Shown here: positions 9,635 through 19,302 of the stretch, in pieces
How the letters are laid out: every line of letters starts with the position of its first letter
Position numbering within the stretch: position 1 is the stretch's first letter
Assembly: GCA_031415375.1 (NCBI GenBank)
Contig: JANORP010000005.1
Span: 9,683-73,682, forward strand
Source of the DNA: Bacteroidota bacterium
GTDB taxonomy: Bacteria; Bacteroidota; Bacteroidia; J057; JADKCL01
Length of the DNA stretch: 64,000 bases
Reading direction: 5' to 3'
Made by a program: the position numbers and the translations under genes
The notes under the pieces: model-generated
What the model saw: the letters and a program-made list of their open reading frames with translations, nothing else
Databases searched by the model: none
Told to the model about the DNA's origin: nothing

Positions 9635-11998
9635 TTACCTTTCTATCAATATGCGTTGGCTGCCGACGCGGCCTGCCTCGTCTCGTACCGTGACCAGGTA
9701 CCAGCCAGACGCAAGATAAGCCTTTTCCAGCGCAACGGTCGCCTGATTTTCGATGGTGGATTCATGCACTAGGCGCCCCTCGCCATCGCACATCCTGACC
9801 TCATAAGTGCCCGTCGGCATCGGGAGTTCCAAGGTAAATCGCCCATCGTTGGGGTTGGGATAGATCTTGAGGTCCAATGCTAGCGGCTGCTCAGCGGCGG
9901 CAGCAAAATTCTCATACGTCCCCAGTGCATATTCTCCCTGCAACAGATCCAAGGCCACGATATTTCCGATCTTGTCGTTGGGGCTGCCCATGTTGCGCAC
10001 GACGCCGGTCACCTCCTGCCAATCAAAGGCCGCCGATGGACGGTAAAACAAGATCAAGGAATCTTCGCCGTTGGTCATCCACGTGTGGTCGAGGAGACCT
10101 GCCGTCGATGACGCCGTGCCGTTGTAGTAAAATTTGCCTTGCGCATGAAATCCGCTAGGGAAAATGCCCCGCACGCTCCAATACCTCGAATTGCTGATTT
10201 TGATGCCGGGCCTAGGGGTCCAAAAAATGTCTGGCGAGACCCAGTTGTGGGTGACTTGCACCCATGCACTATCGGTGATGGCATCGACTGTGGCGTCAAA
10301 CCAAGTATTTGGAAAGGCATTTGCGCCAATGGTCTTGATGGTCCTGTAATTGTCGGTCGTGGCATCTGCGACCCACTCCTCGGGATCGATGATCACGGCA
10401 ACGGTTGGAAACGCGTGACCGATGTGGACAGAATCCGTAGGGCCTGTGATCACCACCGTTGTATCCAAACGCTCCCAATTGGCACCCAACAAGCGGATCG
10501 GCACGACCAAGGAATCGCTATAAACGCTGGCAGTACCCTTGAACCGTTGTCGAAAGAACATATAGGTATGGTCCAATCCGCCGGCATAGGTGTAAAACGA
10601 ATCGAGCGAGACATGTACAAAGCCGCCTTGGTGTACCCAGGAATCAAAAAAGTTTTGCAGGTTGCGACCTGTGCTTGCCTCCAAACTCAGGCGCAAGCTG
10701 TCACTGTTCACATGTGACCAGCGGTAGGTATTGAGGTATTGGGTGATGGCAGGAAAAAATGCGGCATCGCGCAGCTGCCCACGTAGGCTATGCGCGACGA
10801 GGGCGCCGCGGCTATAGGTCGTGCGCCCGTATGTGTAGGCATGTGGCATGGCCGAGAGGGCTTGATATCCGCCATCCTCGACATAGGCGCGCCGCAAAAC
10901 ATCGCTGTGCGTGCTGCGATTGTAGTTTTTGTAGGCCCCAAAACTATAGGCGGCCTCCATGAAGATGGATTCGCAGTAGCTGGCCCAACCCTCATTGAGC
11001 CACATTTCGCCTTCCTCTTCACAGGTCACGAGGTCGCCAAACCAGTGATGGCTCGCCTCGTGGGCCCAGATCGTCTCGTAGGCTTGCCCTTGGCTCAGCA
11101 GCACCCGTGGATAGGCAATGTTGGTGGCATGCTCCATTGCGCCCACGCTACCATTGGTCGGCTGATTCACAATCACATAGCCCAGCCGCTCCCAGGCATA
11201 GGGGCCAAACCTGTTTTCAAAGGCCGCAATGCCCGTGAGGAGGCGTTGCGCTTGCGTTTTGGCTGAGGTGGTATCACCGCCAAGGGCATAGATATCATAG
11301 GGCAATGTATCGCCAGAAATACTCACAAACGAACGCGCAACATGGACGTAGGGCGCGACGGCAAAGCTGGCAAGATAGGTCGGGATATTGTCCCTGAGCT
11401 TCCAATGCTGGGTTTTGCTAGCGCCACCACTGCTGGTCGTCGATTGCAATGTGCCGTTGCAAATGGCCATCAGGCTGCTATCGACACGCATATAGAAATC
11501 GAAATAGGCACGATCGACAAAGTTGTCTTTGCAGGGAAACCAGCTGCGTCCATAGACATGCGGATCGGTCGTGAGGCCCACGCCGAGATTGAAGATGGCA
11601 TTCGTGACGAAATACACGCCACCAAATCCGCCGGCGTCGAGCGCACTGCGGCCTTGGTACCAGACGGTGACATCGACCGAGTCACCAAGGGCGGGGGCGG
11701 CGGCTGGATGGATGGCCAGCAGGGTGTCATTGTAAGAATAGGGTGCAGAGACGCCCCCGACCTTCACACTATCGACTTGGTAGCGCAGCAGGTCGAGGGT
11801 GATGGAGGAAAGGCTAGGAACCGTCGCGACCATGCGCACCACTGTGTGGGCATGGATTGTTTTGAGCGCCGTGGTATTGACCATCGTATCCACATGGATT
11901 GCATAGTGGATCACGTCGAGCGAATCGGAATTGCTGGCTTGCAAAAGGGAGCCAAACAAGAGCAAAACAAACATCAATAAATTGCGAGAAGGGTGCAT
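9635..11998 (-). CDS. M1-family zinc aminopeptidase with T9SS C-terminal sorting domain
   Basis: GAMEH exopeptidase block. HEASH-x18-E (HEASHHWFGDLVTCEEEGEMWLNEGWASY) zinc signature. Signal peptide MHPSRNLLMFVLLLFGSLLQA. C-terminal KIYPNPNDGRFTLEL...GWYLVTVRD CTD. Confidence 0.9.
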   Translation of the reverse strand: MHPSRNLLMFVLLLFGSLLQASNSDSLDVIHYAIHVDTMVNTTALKTIHAHTVVRMVATVPSLSSITLDLLRYQVDSVKVGGVSAPYSYNDTLLAIHPAAAPALGDSVDVTVWYQGRSALDAGGFGGVYFVTNAIFNLGVGLTTDPHVYGRSWFPCKDNFVDRAYFDFYMRVDSSLMAICNGTLQSTTSSGGASKTQHWKLRDNIPTYLASFAVAPYVHVARSFVSISGDTLPYDIYALGGDTTSAKTQAQRLLTGIAAFENRFGPYAWERLGYVIVNQPTNGSVGAMEHATNIAYPRVLLSQGQAYETIWAHEASHHWFGDLVTCEEEGEMWLNEGWASYCESIFMEAAYSFGAYKNYNRSTHSDVLRRAYVEDGGYQALSAMPHAYTYGRTTYSRGALVAHSLRGQLRDAAFFPAITQYLNTYRWSHVNSDSLRLSLEASTGRNLQNFFDSWVHQGGFVHVSLDSFYTYAGGLDHTYMFFRQRFKGTASVYSDSLVVPIRLLGANWERLDTTVVITGPTDSVHIGHAFPTVAVIIDPEEWVADATTDNYRTIKTIGANAFPNTWFDATVDAITDSAWVQVTHNWVSPDIFWTPRPGIKISNSRYWSVRGIFPSGFHAQGKFYYNGTASSTAGLLDHTWMTNGEDSLILFYRPSAAFDWQEVTGVVRNMGSPNDKIGNIVALDLLQGEYALGTYENFAAAAEQPLALDLKIYPNPNDGRFTLELPMPTGTYEVRMCDGEGRLVHESTIENQATVALEKAYLASGWYLVTVRDEAGRVGSQRILIER

Positions 11999-12083
11999 TT
12001 TCTTTTTCCAATTGATGCCCCCAATTTAGCTAATAAAATCTAAATCAGGGAAACCGCTGTCGCGGAGAACAGCGCACAGGCAC

Positions 12084-14192
12084 TCAGGCGATGTCTTTCA
12101 AGAAGCCGTATTTTTTGCGGTATTGATCGAGGTAGGCCTTCACGCCTCTGTGCTCGGGCTTCTCCAATGCAGGGTCATTTTCAATCAGGGCAAACGCCGC
12201 CTCACGGGCGATCTCGAATAGGTCGCCATCTTCAAGAAAATTGGCGAGGCGCAATTCTGGGATAAGCCCGCTCTGGCGGGTGCCTAGAAAGTCGCCGTGA
12301 CCGCGCAGCTTGAGGTCGATCTCAGCGATCTTGAAGCCATCGTGGGTATCGACCATGGCACGCAGCCGCTTTTTGGCATCGTCGCTCGTTTTGGAACCGC
12401 TCATGAGGATGCAATAACTTTGGTCGGCCCCCCGCCCTACCCTGCCACGCAGCTGATGTAGCTGCGATAGCCCGAAACGGTTGGCATTTTCGATCACCAT
12501 CACGGATGCATTGGGCACATCGACTCCCACCTCGATCACGGTCGTGGCGACCAAGATGCGCGTGTCGCCACGCTTGAAGCGCTGCATCTCAAAATCTTTG
12601 GCGTCTGATTTCATGCGCCCATGCACAATGCCGACCTTCTCGATGCCAAATCGCCGTGTGAGCGCCTCATAACCCTCTGTGACCGCGATCAAGTCCAGTT
12701 TCTCATTTTCCTCGACCAATGGATAGACGACATAGACTTGCCGCCCCTCGTCGAGCTCCCTTTGCATGAAGCCAAAGACTTGCAGGCGCTGCGCCTCGGT
12801 GCGCACGGCGGTGATCACTGGCTTGCGACCCGGCGGCAACTCATCGATCTTGCTCACGTCGATGTCCCCAAACAAGGTGAGGGCCAGCGTGCGCGGGATC
12901 GGCGTGGCCGTCATGACCATGTTGTGAGGATTCAGATCGGCTTTGCCCCAAAGCTTGGCGCGTTGCATCACACCAAATTTGTGCTGCTCGTCCACGACCA
13001 CCAGCCCAAGCCGCTTGAACCGCACATGGTCCTCGATCAGGGCATGCGTGCCGACGAGGATGTCGATGACGCCTTCGCGCAATTCCAAAAGTAATTGCGT
13101 GCGCGCGGCGCCCTTGACACTGCCCGTGAGCATGGCCACTTTGAGCCCCATTGGGGCACAATAGGCTTTCATCTTGGAATAGTGCTGCTCGGCCAGGATC
13201 TCGGTAGGCGCCATCATCCCGGCCTGGAAGCCATTGTCGATCGCGAGCAAGATCGACATGAAGGCGACCATCGTCTTGCCCGACCCAACGTCACCTTGCA
13301 CGAGGCGGTTCATCTGCACAGGCCGCTTGAGATCGACCCTGATCTCACGCAAGACACGCTTTTGAGCGCCAGTGAGCTCAAAAGGAATGTGTTTCTCGTA
13401 AAATTCGGTGAAGTATTTGCCCACGACTGGAAATGGGTGGCTGGGACGCAGGGGCTGCTCCACCAATTTGCGATGGGCCATGATGAGCTGGAAGAAAAAA
13501 AACTCTTCAAACTTGAGCCGGTCTTGGGCCTTTTGGAGCATCTCGAAATCGTCGGGAATGTGAACTTGGTGAAAGGCATTCCGACGCGAGAGCAGGCCAT
13601 ATTTTTGCATGATCCATGGGGCTAGATTCTCATTGATCTCATCCTTGCCGAGTTCCATCATGCTCGCGACGATCGTCCTGAAACCCTTGGAGTCCAAGCC
13701 AGCGACCTTGAGTTTCTCGGTGCTGTTGTACAGTGGAATGATTTTGAGGCTGTTGAGCAGATCCTCTGGGCTTTTGCCTTTCTCGATCTCAGGATGGGCG
13801 ATCTGTATGCTGCGCCCAAAGATGCGCGGGCTACCAAAAATCACGATTTCCTCGCCGATCTTGAGGCTTTCCTTGATGAATTTGATGCTCTTGAACCAGA
13901 CGAGTTCGACGGTGCCCGACCCATCTGAGAATGTGGCATTGAGGCGCATTCCCTTGGTCCCTTTGGCCTCTTCGATCTCGGTGATCTTGCCTAGCAAGGT
14001 GACCTGCGCCATTTCTGAGCGGATGTCACGGATGCGATGCACCTCTGAGCGATCCACATATTTGCGGGGGAAATAGCTCAGGAGATCTCCATAGACCATG
14101 ATGCCCACCTCGCTGTTGAGCAACTCGGCACGTTTGGGACCCACCTTTTTGAGATACGTGATTTCCTGCTTCCAGAAATTGAACACCGCCAT
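12084..14192 (-). CDS. recG: ATP-dependent DNA helicase RecG
   Basis: Walker A DVGSGKT, DEQH box VVDEQHKFG, helicase C-terminal motifs (QLHQLRGRVGRG), and a wedge-domain-like N-terminus. Start chosen at ATG 14192 (MAVFNFWKQEITYLKKVGPKRAELL). Confidence 0.95.
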   Translation of the reverse strand: MAVFNFWKQEITYLKKVGPKRAELLNSEVGIMVYGDLLSYFPRKYVDRSEVHRIRDIRSEMAQVTLLGKITEIEEAKGTKGMRLNATFSDGSGTVELVWFKSIKFIKESLKIGEEIVIFGSPRIFGRSIQIAHPEIEKGKSPEDLLNSLKIIPLYNSTEKLKVAGLDSKGFRTIVASMMELGKDEINENLAPWIMQKYGLLSRRNAFHQVHIPDDFEMLQKAQDRLKFEEFFFFQLIMAHRKLVEQPLRPSHPFPVVGKYFTEFYEKHIPFELTGAQKRVLREIRVDLKRPVQMNRLVQGDVGSGKTMVAFMSILLAIDNGFQAGMMAPTEILAEQHYSKMKAYCAPMGLKVAMLTGSVKGAARTQLLLELREGVIDILVGTHALIEDHVRFKRLGLVVVDEQHKFGVMQRAKLWGKADLNPHNMVMTATPIPRTLALTLFGDIDVSKIDELPPGRKPVITAVRTEAQRLQVFGFMQRELDEGRQVYVVYPLVEENEKLDLIAVTEGYEALTRRFGIEKVGIVHGRMKSDAKDFEMQRFKRGDTRILVATTVIEVGVDVPNASVMVIENANRFGLSQLHQLRGRVGRGADQSYCILMSGSKTSDDAKKRLRAMVDTHDGFKIAEIDLKLRGHGDFLGTRQSGLIPELRLANFLEDGDLFEIAREAAFALIENDPALEKPEHRGVKAYLDQYRKKYGFLKDIA

Positions 14193-14322
14193 GGGGGGCA
14201 AAATTAGCAAATTTGGCGATGGCCCATCCACGATAGGGCGAAGTTACTCGCCAATCCAAGGCCACATTGACCTAAATTGAAGTCAGGGAGCGATGCTGGA
14301 TAGGATGAGGGGAAATGAAACT

Positions 14323-14652
14323 TCAGCCTAGAAATAGCCCACAATTGGGACAATCGACCTCGCCCCTGGAGACTTTGGCGTCGCAAGCGGGGCATTGAGC
14401 GGGCATGTTGGCCAAGTGCACATCAAATATTTCCATCAGGCTTTCCTCTGCCTGCTCCTTGAGTTCACTGGGAATGAAGAACTGCATCGGACCGCTCAAG
14501 CCCATGGCTGCATCGCCATAGATGCCATACAAATTGTCTCCCCGCATACAATAAGGGAGTCGTGCACGGTCAAGCAACATTTGTATGCGAATCGATTCCC
14601 CAAGGTTGGAGGCGCTGGCAATCGGAAACAAAACTATCCTTTGCTCAGCCAT
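14323..14652 (-). CDS. DUF2007-like small protein with C-terminal zinc ribbon
   Basis: The N-terminal pattern (IVLFPIASASNLGESIRIQMLLDRARLPYCMRG...) resembles the DUF2007 'putative signal-transducing' fold. The C-terminus CPACDAKVSRGEVDCPNCG is a CxxC...CxxC ribbon. Confidence 0.6.
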   Translation of the reverse strand: MAEQRIVLFPIASASNLGESIRIQMLLDRARLPYCMRGDNLYGIYGDAAMGLSGPMQFFIPSELKEQAEESLMEIFDVHLANMPAQCPACDAKVSRGEVDCPNCGLFLG

Positions 14653-14658
14653 GGCACA

Positions 14659-15108
14659 TCAGCGGATAATCGTAACAGGCGTCGTTTCAATCACATTGCT
14701 ATGATTACCAGCCCGATCCACGATATAGACCCGAAACGTCAAAGGCTCCTCGGCGATATGCCAAGGTGGGGTGAACAAGGAAATGGAGATCTCGCCTTGG
14801 ATCGACGGTTTGCGTGTCTTGGGTGTAATGCTTGAAAAGTGGTAGCCACTGAAACGCCCCGTATTGTTGGCGAAAGCTGGACGCATGTCCTCCACAAAGA
14901 TATTTGTGACGACATCGCCGATATATCCTAAATCACCATCTCCATCTTGATAATGAAAGGTAAGCGAAAGCTCATCTGCCGAATTCTGTGTCGGTGTTGG
15001 CGGCGTGAGGCTCAGAAATGTAATGGCAGGCTCGTTGGGAAAAACGGGCTTGTCATCGCAGGCGAAGAGCAGCAAAAATGCAAGTGGTATGAGGAGTGAC
15101 TTTTTCAA
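14659..15108 (-). CDS. lipoprotein, function unknown
   Basis: Signal peptide with lipobox MKKSLLIPLAFLLLFAC. It sits 6 nt upstream of the next gene on the same strand. Confidence 0.6.
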   Translation of the reverse strand: MKKSLLIPLAFLLLFACDDKPVFPNEPAITFLSLTPPTPTQNSADELSLTFHYQDGDGDLGYIGDVVTNIFVEDMRPAFANNTGRFSGYHFSSITPKTRKPSIQGEISISLFTPPWHIAEEPLTFRVYIVDRAGNHSNVIETTPVTIIR

Positions 15109-15238
15109 TGCACAATTCTTTCAGGTTCAATTTACGGAGAATCTCCGCAAGCACAACACTCCTGTGAAAAACGTAAAAAACTTTCTATTGTTGCGTCCAG
15201 ATTCGAGAAACTTGGCCTTTGTCTGCTAGCGGGCAGGC

Positions 15239-16177
15239 CTACTCGTAAGGGATCATTTCAAAACTACCCAAACCTAGATCGACAATGATCGTCATGGCCT
15301 CTTGGGAGTGCAATTTATAGGAATGGCTGGTAAAGGTATTGTCGCTGGTGTGGACAAACCCGTCAGGAATCTGTGCCGATGAGAATACAGTCCCGTTCAC
15401 GACAATTTTGAGCGGTGCATCTTGATGGACTAGGAGTGTGCATTTGCCAGCACCTACCCCGATATGCACGGTCGATTTTGTTTTCATCTCAGCGCCGACA
15501 ACGATCTTGGTATCGCCAATGCCATTTTCGATCGAGACCTGCTCGGCACGCGCCCAGTCGAGGTTGCGCACCACGATTTTGGACATGCCGCTGCTCACGT
15601 TGAGAAACTTCATCGGCACAGCATTGGGTTTGGTATAGCTGATGAGGACGTCTGCTGCACCAGAGACAATTTCCAAAGCCATCATGCGCAGGTCGCTCAG
15701 GTCCAACCGTGCACTTCCATAACCGAGATTCATTTTCATGGCCATTGGTGCGAGCGGGTCGGCAGCGATGTCCATGATATACTTGGCGGGATCGTCGTCG
15801 ATCGTCATGCTCCCCGAGACTTGGTAGCTCACGATCGAGTTGCTTGCACCACGCATGCTTGTCTGGCTCTGCGCACAATTTGATTTGGTCTGCGCACCCA
15901 TCGAGATCGTAGTACGCAAGTGCTGCTGTGGTGTGGTGTCAATGTCACAAATCGGGAAGGGCTTGCCTGCGGGCAGGTGATAACGGGCTACGGTCACTGC
16001 GCCACCGCTACATGGCGCGGGAGCAATAAATGTCTGCCCCAGCGGCACTTGAATGAAGTATTCGTTCAGCTCAAAAAAACGACTTGTGGGGATTGTATCG
16101 GCGTGACCAGGCTTTTGGCAAAGGCCAACAGCAGGCAACAAAATAGACAATGTAGCACCCAATACGATCCGAAACAT
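15239..16177 (-). CDS. secreted beta-strand-repeat protein (toastrack/DUF4097-like?)
   Basis: Signal peptide MFRIVLGATLSILLPAVG. The C-terminal half has repeated short beta-strand units (ARLDLSDL.., ALEIVSGAADVLISY, SKIVVRNL, VSIENGIGDTKIVVG, VHIGVGAGKCTLLV, LKIVVNGTV). The family name is tentative. Confidence 0.55.
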   Translation of the reverse strand: MFRIVLGATLSILLPAVGLCQKPGHADTIPTSRFFELNEYFIQVPLGQTFIAPAPCSGGAVTVARYHLPAGKPFPICDIDTTPQQHLRTTISMGAQTKSNCAQSQTSMRGASNSIVSYQVSGSMTIDDDPAKYIMDIAADPLAPMAMKMNLGYGSARLDLSDLRMMALEIVSGAADVLISYTKPNAVPMKFLNVSSGMSKIVVRNLDWARAEQVSIENGIGDTKIVVGAEMKTKSTVHIGVGAGKCTLLVHQDAPLKIVVNGTVFSSAQIPDGFVHTSDNTFTSHSYKLHSQEAMTIIVDLGLGSFEMIPYE

Positions 16178-16316
16178 GGCTATACTTACGATCTAAATCC
16201 AATTAGGTTGGGGGTAGGTGTGAAAAAAAATGCACCTTTTTTCATTGATCGTCAAAGGGTACCGATGGCTGCCAAATACCTCGTCTTTCCCATCGTCCCT
16301 TTGCGAGGCAGGGGCT

Positions 16317-16360
16317 ACACAAAACCGCTGCCCTACAAATCCTAGATTGCGGGGCAGCGG
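16317..16360 (-). terminator. rho-independent terminator of the 16387..17517 gene
   Basis: CCGCTGCCC (16325..16333) pairs with GGGCAGCGG (16352..16360). On the minus strand the hairpin is followed by TTTTGTG. Confidence 0.6.
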
Positions 16361-16386
16361 TCCATCGGAACCCTAAAATCTATTGG

Positions 16387-17517
16387 TTACAGCTTGGTGA
16401 TCTTCTTCATCACCTTGCCGTTTTTGCCGGTCATATTCAGATAATACATGCCTGCATTCACTTTGCTCATGTCTAGGCGCAATGCGTTGTGACCGAGGGT
16501 GGCATTCAGATCGAATTCCATGGTCATTTTGCCAGCCGCATCCCTCAACTCGAAATGCAGCACATCGGGGGTGGGAGCATAAAAAGAGAGGTTGATAAAG
16601 TCAGAGGCGGGCAAGGGGCCCGATTCGCCCCAAGCCAAGGCATCTGGGGCCGTGAAGGCGGCCGTGACGACTTCGGAATCATCAGATTGTCCTGTCTTAT
16701 CGACTTGGATGATGCGGTAGCGATTCTCACCAGACATTGGCGACCGATCCAAAAACTCGTAGGCGAGCTGCGAATTGGAGTTGCCAACTGCAGGAATGCG
16801 ACCGATTGCTTGATATTCTCCGCCATCAATCGCCCGCTCGATCGAAAAATAGTCGGAATTGACCTCCGTAAGTGTAGTCCATTTTACCTTGATGCCTGCT
16901 CCCATCGTCAACGCCTGCAAATCTCCCCAAATGACTGGGAAACCTCCCAAATTGAGCATCATGTCGGGATTGGGGTAGCAACCGCCGACCGGGTTGCCGC
17001 CACCTTCCACACCAAACACCCGCAGGGAATCGGGAACCATATTGACGGTAAAGCTGAAATTTCTACAAAAGGACTGGACATTGCCACAGAAGAGGTTGGA
17101 GTTCACACACCCATAAGGGCTATTGCTGCAGGGGATATTGGGGCCAAAATAGCCGGGGTCTGTGTAGGTAACCTCCCCTTGTATTCCCCAATAGGGATCT
17201 GGCCCCACATTGGTGCCCGGCATGGAGCAGCCCATAGGACCGACCATATTGGCGGGCGTGAAGGATATCACACTGAAACTGGGATCGCTGTCCCAAAACC
17301 CAAAAAAGACGGAATTGGTAGATTGATCGCCACCCTTGGTCGCGCCCGTGATTCCCATGCCCACACATAGACGCACAGTGATCACAAATGGGCCTAGGCC
17401 CGTGCCGGTGATCGAAACCAAGGAAACATCCGATAGGTTGCAGGCCTGCGTCATGCTACGCGTCATCACGAGTACGAGCAGGGTGAACGCAAACATTTTC
17501 AAGCTGAAAATTTTCAT
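16387..17517 (-). CDS. Cys-rich T9SS cargo, tandem paralog A
   Basis: Start at ATG 17517 (MKIFSLKMFAFTLLVLVMTRSMTQA). The ~200-aa Cys-rich N-domain (CNLSD...RLCVGMGITGATKGGDQSTNSVFFGFWD...GGGNPVGGCYPNPDM) has no family I recognise. It is followed by an Ig/FN3-like 'F.IERA.DG..Y...YRIIQVDK.G' module and a T9SS CTD (...GMYYLNMTGKNGKVMKKITKL). Confidence 0.8.
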   Translation of the reverse strand: MKIFSLKMFAFTLLVLVMTRSMTQACNLSDVSLVSITGTGLGPFVITVRLCVGMGITGATKGGDQSTNSVFFGFWDSDPSFSVISFTPANMVGPMGCSMPGTNVGPDPYWGIQGEVTYTDPGYFGPNIPCSNSPYGCVNSNLFCGNVQSFCRNFSFTVNMVPDSLRVFGVEGGGNPVGGCYPNPDMMLNLGGFPVIWGDLQALTMGAGIKVKWTTLTEVNSDYFSIERAIDGGEYQAIGRIPAVGNSNSQLAYEFLDRSPMSGENRYRIIQVDKTGQSDDSEVVTAAFTAPDALAWGESGPLPASDFINLSFYAPTPDVLHFELRDAAGKMTMEFDLNATLGHNALRLDMSKVNAGMYYLNMTGKNGKVMKKITKL

Positions 17518-17610
17518 AGTTGTGTGATTCTTTTGGTCAAAAGATTGTTTTGTCCACCGACCATGAAAATCGGCAACATGATGAGAACCAATATACTCTA
17601 CAAACACCGC

Positions 17611-17653
17611 AAAAACAAATCCGCTGCACCACATTTCAAAAATGGTGCAGCGG
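17611..17653 (-). terminator. rho-independent terminator of the 17676..18806 gene
   Basis: CCGCTGCACCA (17621..17631) pairs with TGGTGCAGCGG (17643..17653), an 11-bp stem. On the minus strand it is followed by ATTTGTTTTT. Confidence 0.7.
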
Positions 17654-17675
17654 AGCAGATGGGATGCGATACCCC

Positions 17676-18806
17676 TTAGAGTTTTGTAATTTTCTTGACG
17701 ACCTTGCCATTCTTGCCGATCATGCTGAGGTAATATGTCCCAGCATTGACCTTGCTCAAATCTAGCCGCAGTTCATTGCCACCGAGCACAGCGCTCACAT
17801 CGAGGTCCATGGCCATTTTACCCGTCACGTCACGCAATTGAAAGCTGATGAGATCGGCAATCGGGCTATAAAATCCAATGTTCACAAAGTCAGATGCAGG
17901 ATTGGGGCCGACATCGCCCCAACTCAAGCCATCGGGTGTGGTATAAGCCACCTCGATCGCCTCCGATTCAGTAGATTCACCAATCTTATCGACTTGCACG
18001 ATGCGATACCGGTTCAAGCCAGCCTTGGGCGACGGATCCATAAAGTCGTAACGCACAAGCGCGTTGGAATTGCCGACGGCAGGAACTTGACCAAGCTCTT
18101 CATAACTCTGGTCTTCGAGTGCACGCTCAATCGTGAAGAAATCGGAATTGATTTCTTCCAAGGTTGTCCATTTCAACTTGATGCCTGCACCAGCGTGCCT
18201 GCCTTCAATATCTCCCCACACGACCGCAAGTGGCGGCACAAAACTCACTTTCATGTCGGGGTTTGGATAACAACCACCTACGGGATTGCCACCGCCCTCA
18301 GCCCCAAAAACACGCACGGAATCGGGAATTTGATTGACCGTAAAGCTGAAATTGGTGCAAAATGAACGAGCAGGCCCACAAAGGACGTTTGAATTCACAC
18401 AACCATAGGGGCTATTGGTGCAGGGTATATGAAACCCGTAGTAGCCAGGGTCGGTGTATTGGACCTCTCCTTGAATGCCGTAATAGGGGTCTGGACCAAA
18501 GTTGTTACTGGGCATGATACAACCCATCGGGCCATTCATCGAGTTCGGCGTGTAGGACAAGACCGTAAATCCTGGGGAGTGATCCCAGAATCCAAAAAAC
18601 ACGGAGTTGGTCGATTGATCCCCACCTTTGGTCGATCCGGTGATGCCCATACCTACACACAACCGCAAGTTGATCACAAAAGGACCTGTCGTCCCTGTGA
18701 TCGAAATGAAGGTGAGGTCAGATAGGTTGCAGGCTCGTACAATATTGCTCGACATCAATACTGCGAGTAGCCCAAGTGCAAAAATTTTAAACGTAGAAAT
18801 CTTCAT
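17676..18806 (-). CDS. Cys-rich T9SS cargo, tandem paralog B
   Basis: Collinear with 16387..17517 over its whole length, with the same Cys positions: CNLSD, RLCVGMGITGSTKGGDQSTNSVFFGFWD, GGGNPVGGCYPNPDM, and CTD ...GTYYLSMIGKNGKVVKKITKL. Confidence 0.8.
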   Translation of the reverse strand: MKISTFKIFALGLLAVLMSSNIVRACNLSDLTFISITGTTGPFVINLRLCVGMGITGSTKGGDQSTNSVFFGFWDHSPGFTVLSYTPNSMNGPMGCIMPSNNFGPDPYYGIQGEVQYTDPGYYGFHIPCTNSPYGCVNSNVLCGPARSFCTNFSFTVNQIPDSVRVFGAEGGGNPVGGCYPNPDMKVSFVPPLAVVWGDIEGRHAGAGIKLKWTTLEEINSDFFTIERALEDQSYEELGQVPAVGNSNALVRYDFMDPSPKAGLNRYRIVQVDKIGESTESEAIEVAYTTPDGLSWGDVGPNPASDFVNIGFYSPIADLISFQLRDVTGKMAMDLDVSAVLGGNELRLDLSKVNAGTYYLSMIGKNGKVVKKITKL

Positions 18807-19302
18807 AATCTATAGTTCCTTCCTATTTGGCGAAACAAAACGTTGCCTACTGGCGCTAGCATGATTCCTCCATGAGTAAAGATACGAAAAAAGCAAATTC
18901 AAAGATCACCGATGTGCAAAAAACATCATCCTACACTTAGAATTGCACTCAATCGTACAATCCATCTACATGGTTGCGATGCTGAAAAATTGCACAATTA
19001 CCGACGCACATGCCCTTGGCAGTTCAAGATGCATGCTAGACGTAAAGTTGTAAATTTTTATCACAAATCCAAAGACTAATTTCCTTGCTCAATCACAATA
19101 GGGTTTTCCACATCGTGCACGCACCGTTTTCACTCAAGTCCTCTTATCACGCAATGTGAAGTCTATGCCTGCAAATCTAGCATCCCTATCTGTAACAAAT
19201 GGATGCAACAAACCCAAAAATTCCCAAAATGCATCCAAATACTTCTCCTGTTCTTCCAGTCTATTCATAAATCAAAGAAATTGCAGCTTCAACTGCTGGT
19301 CG

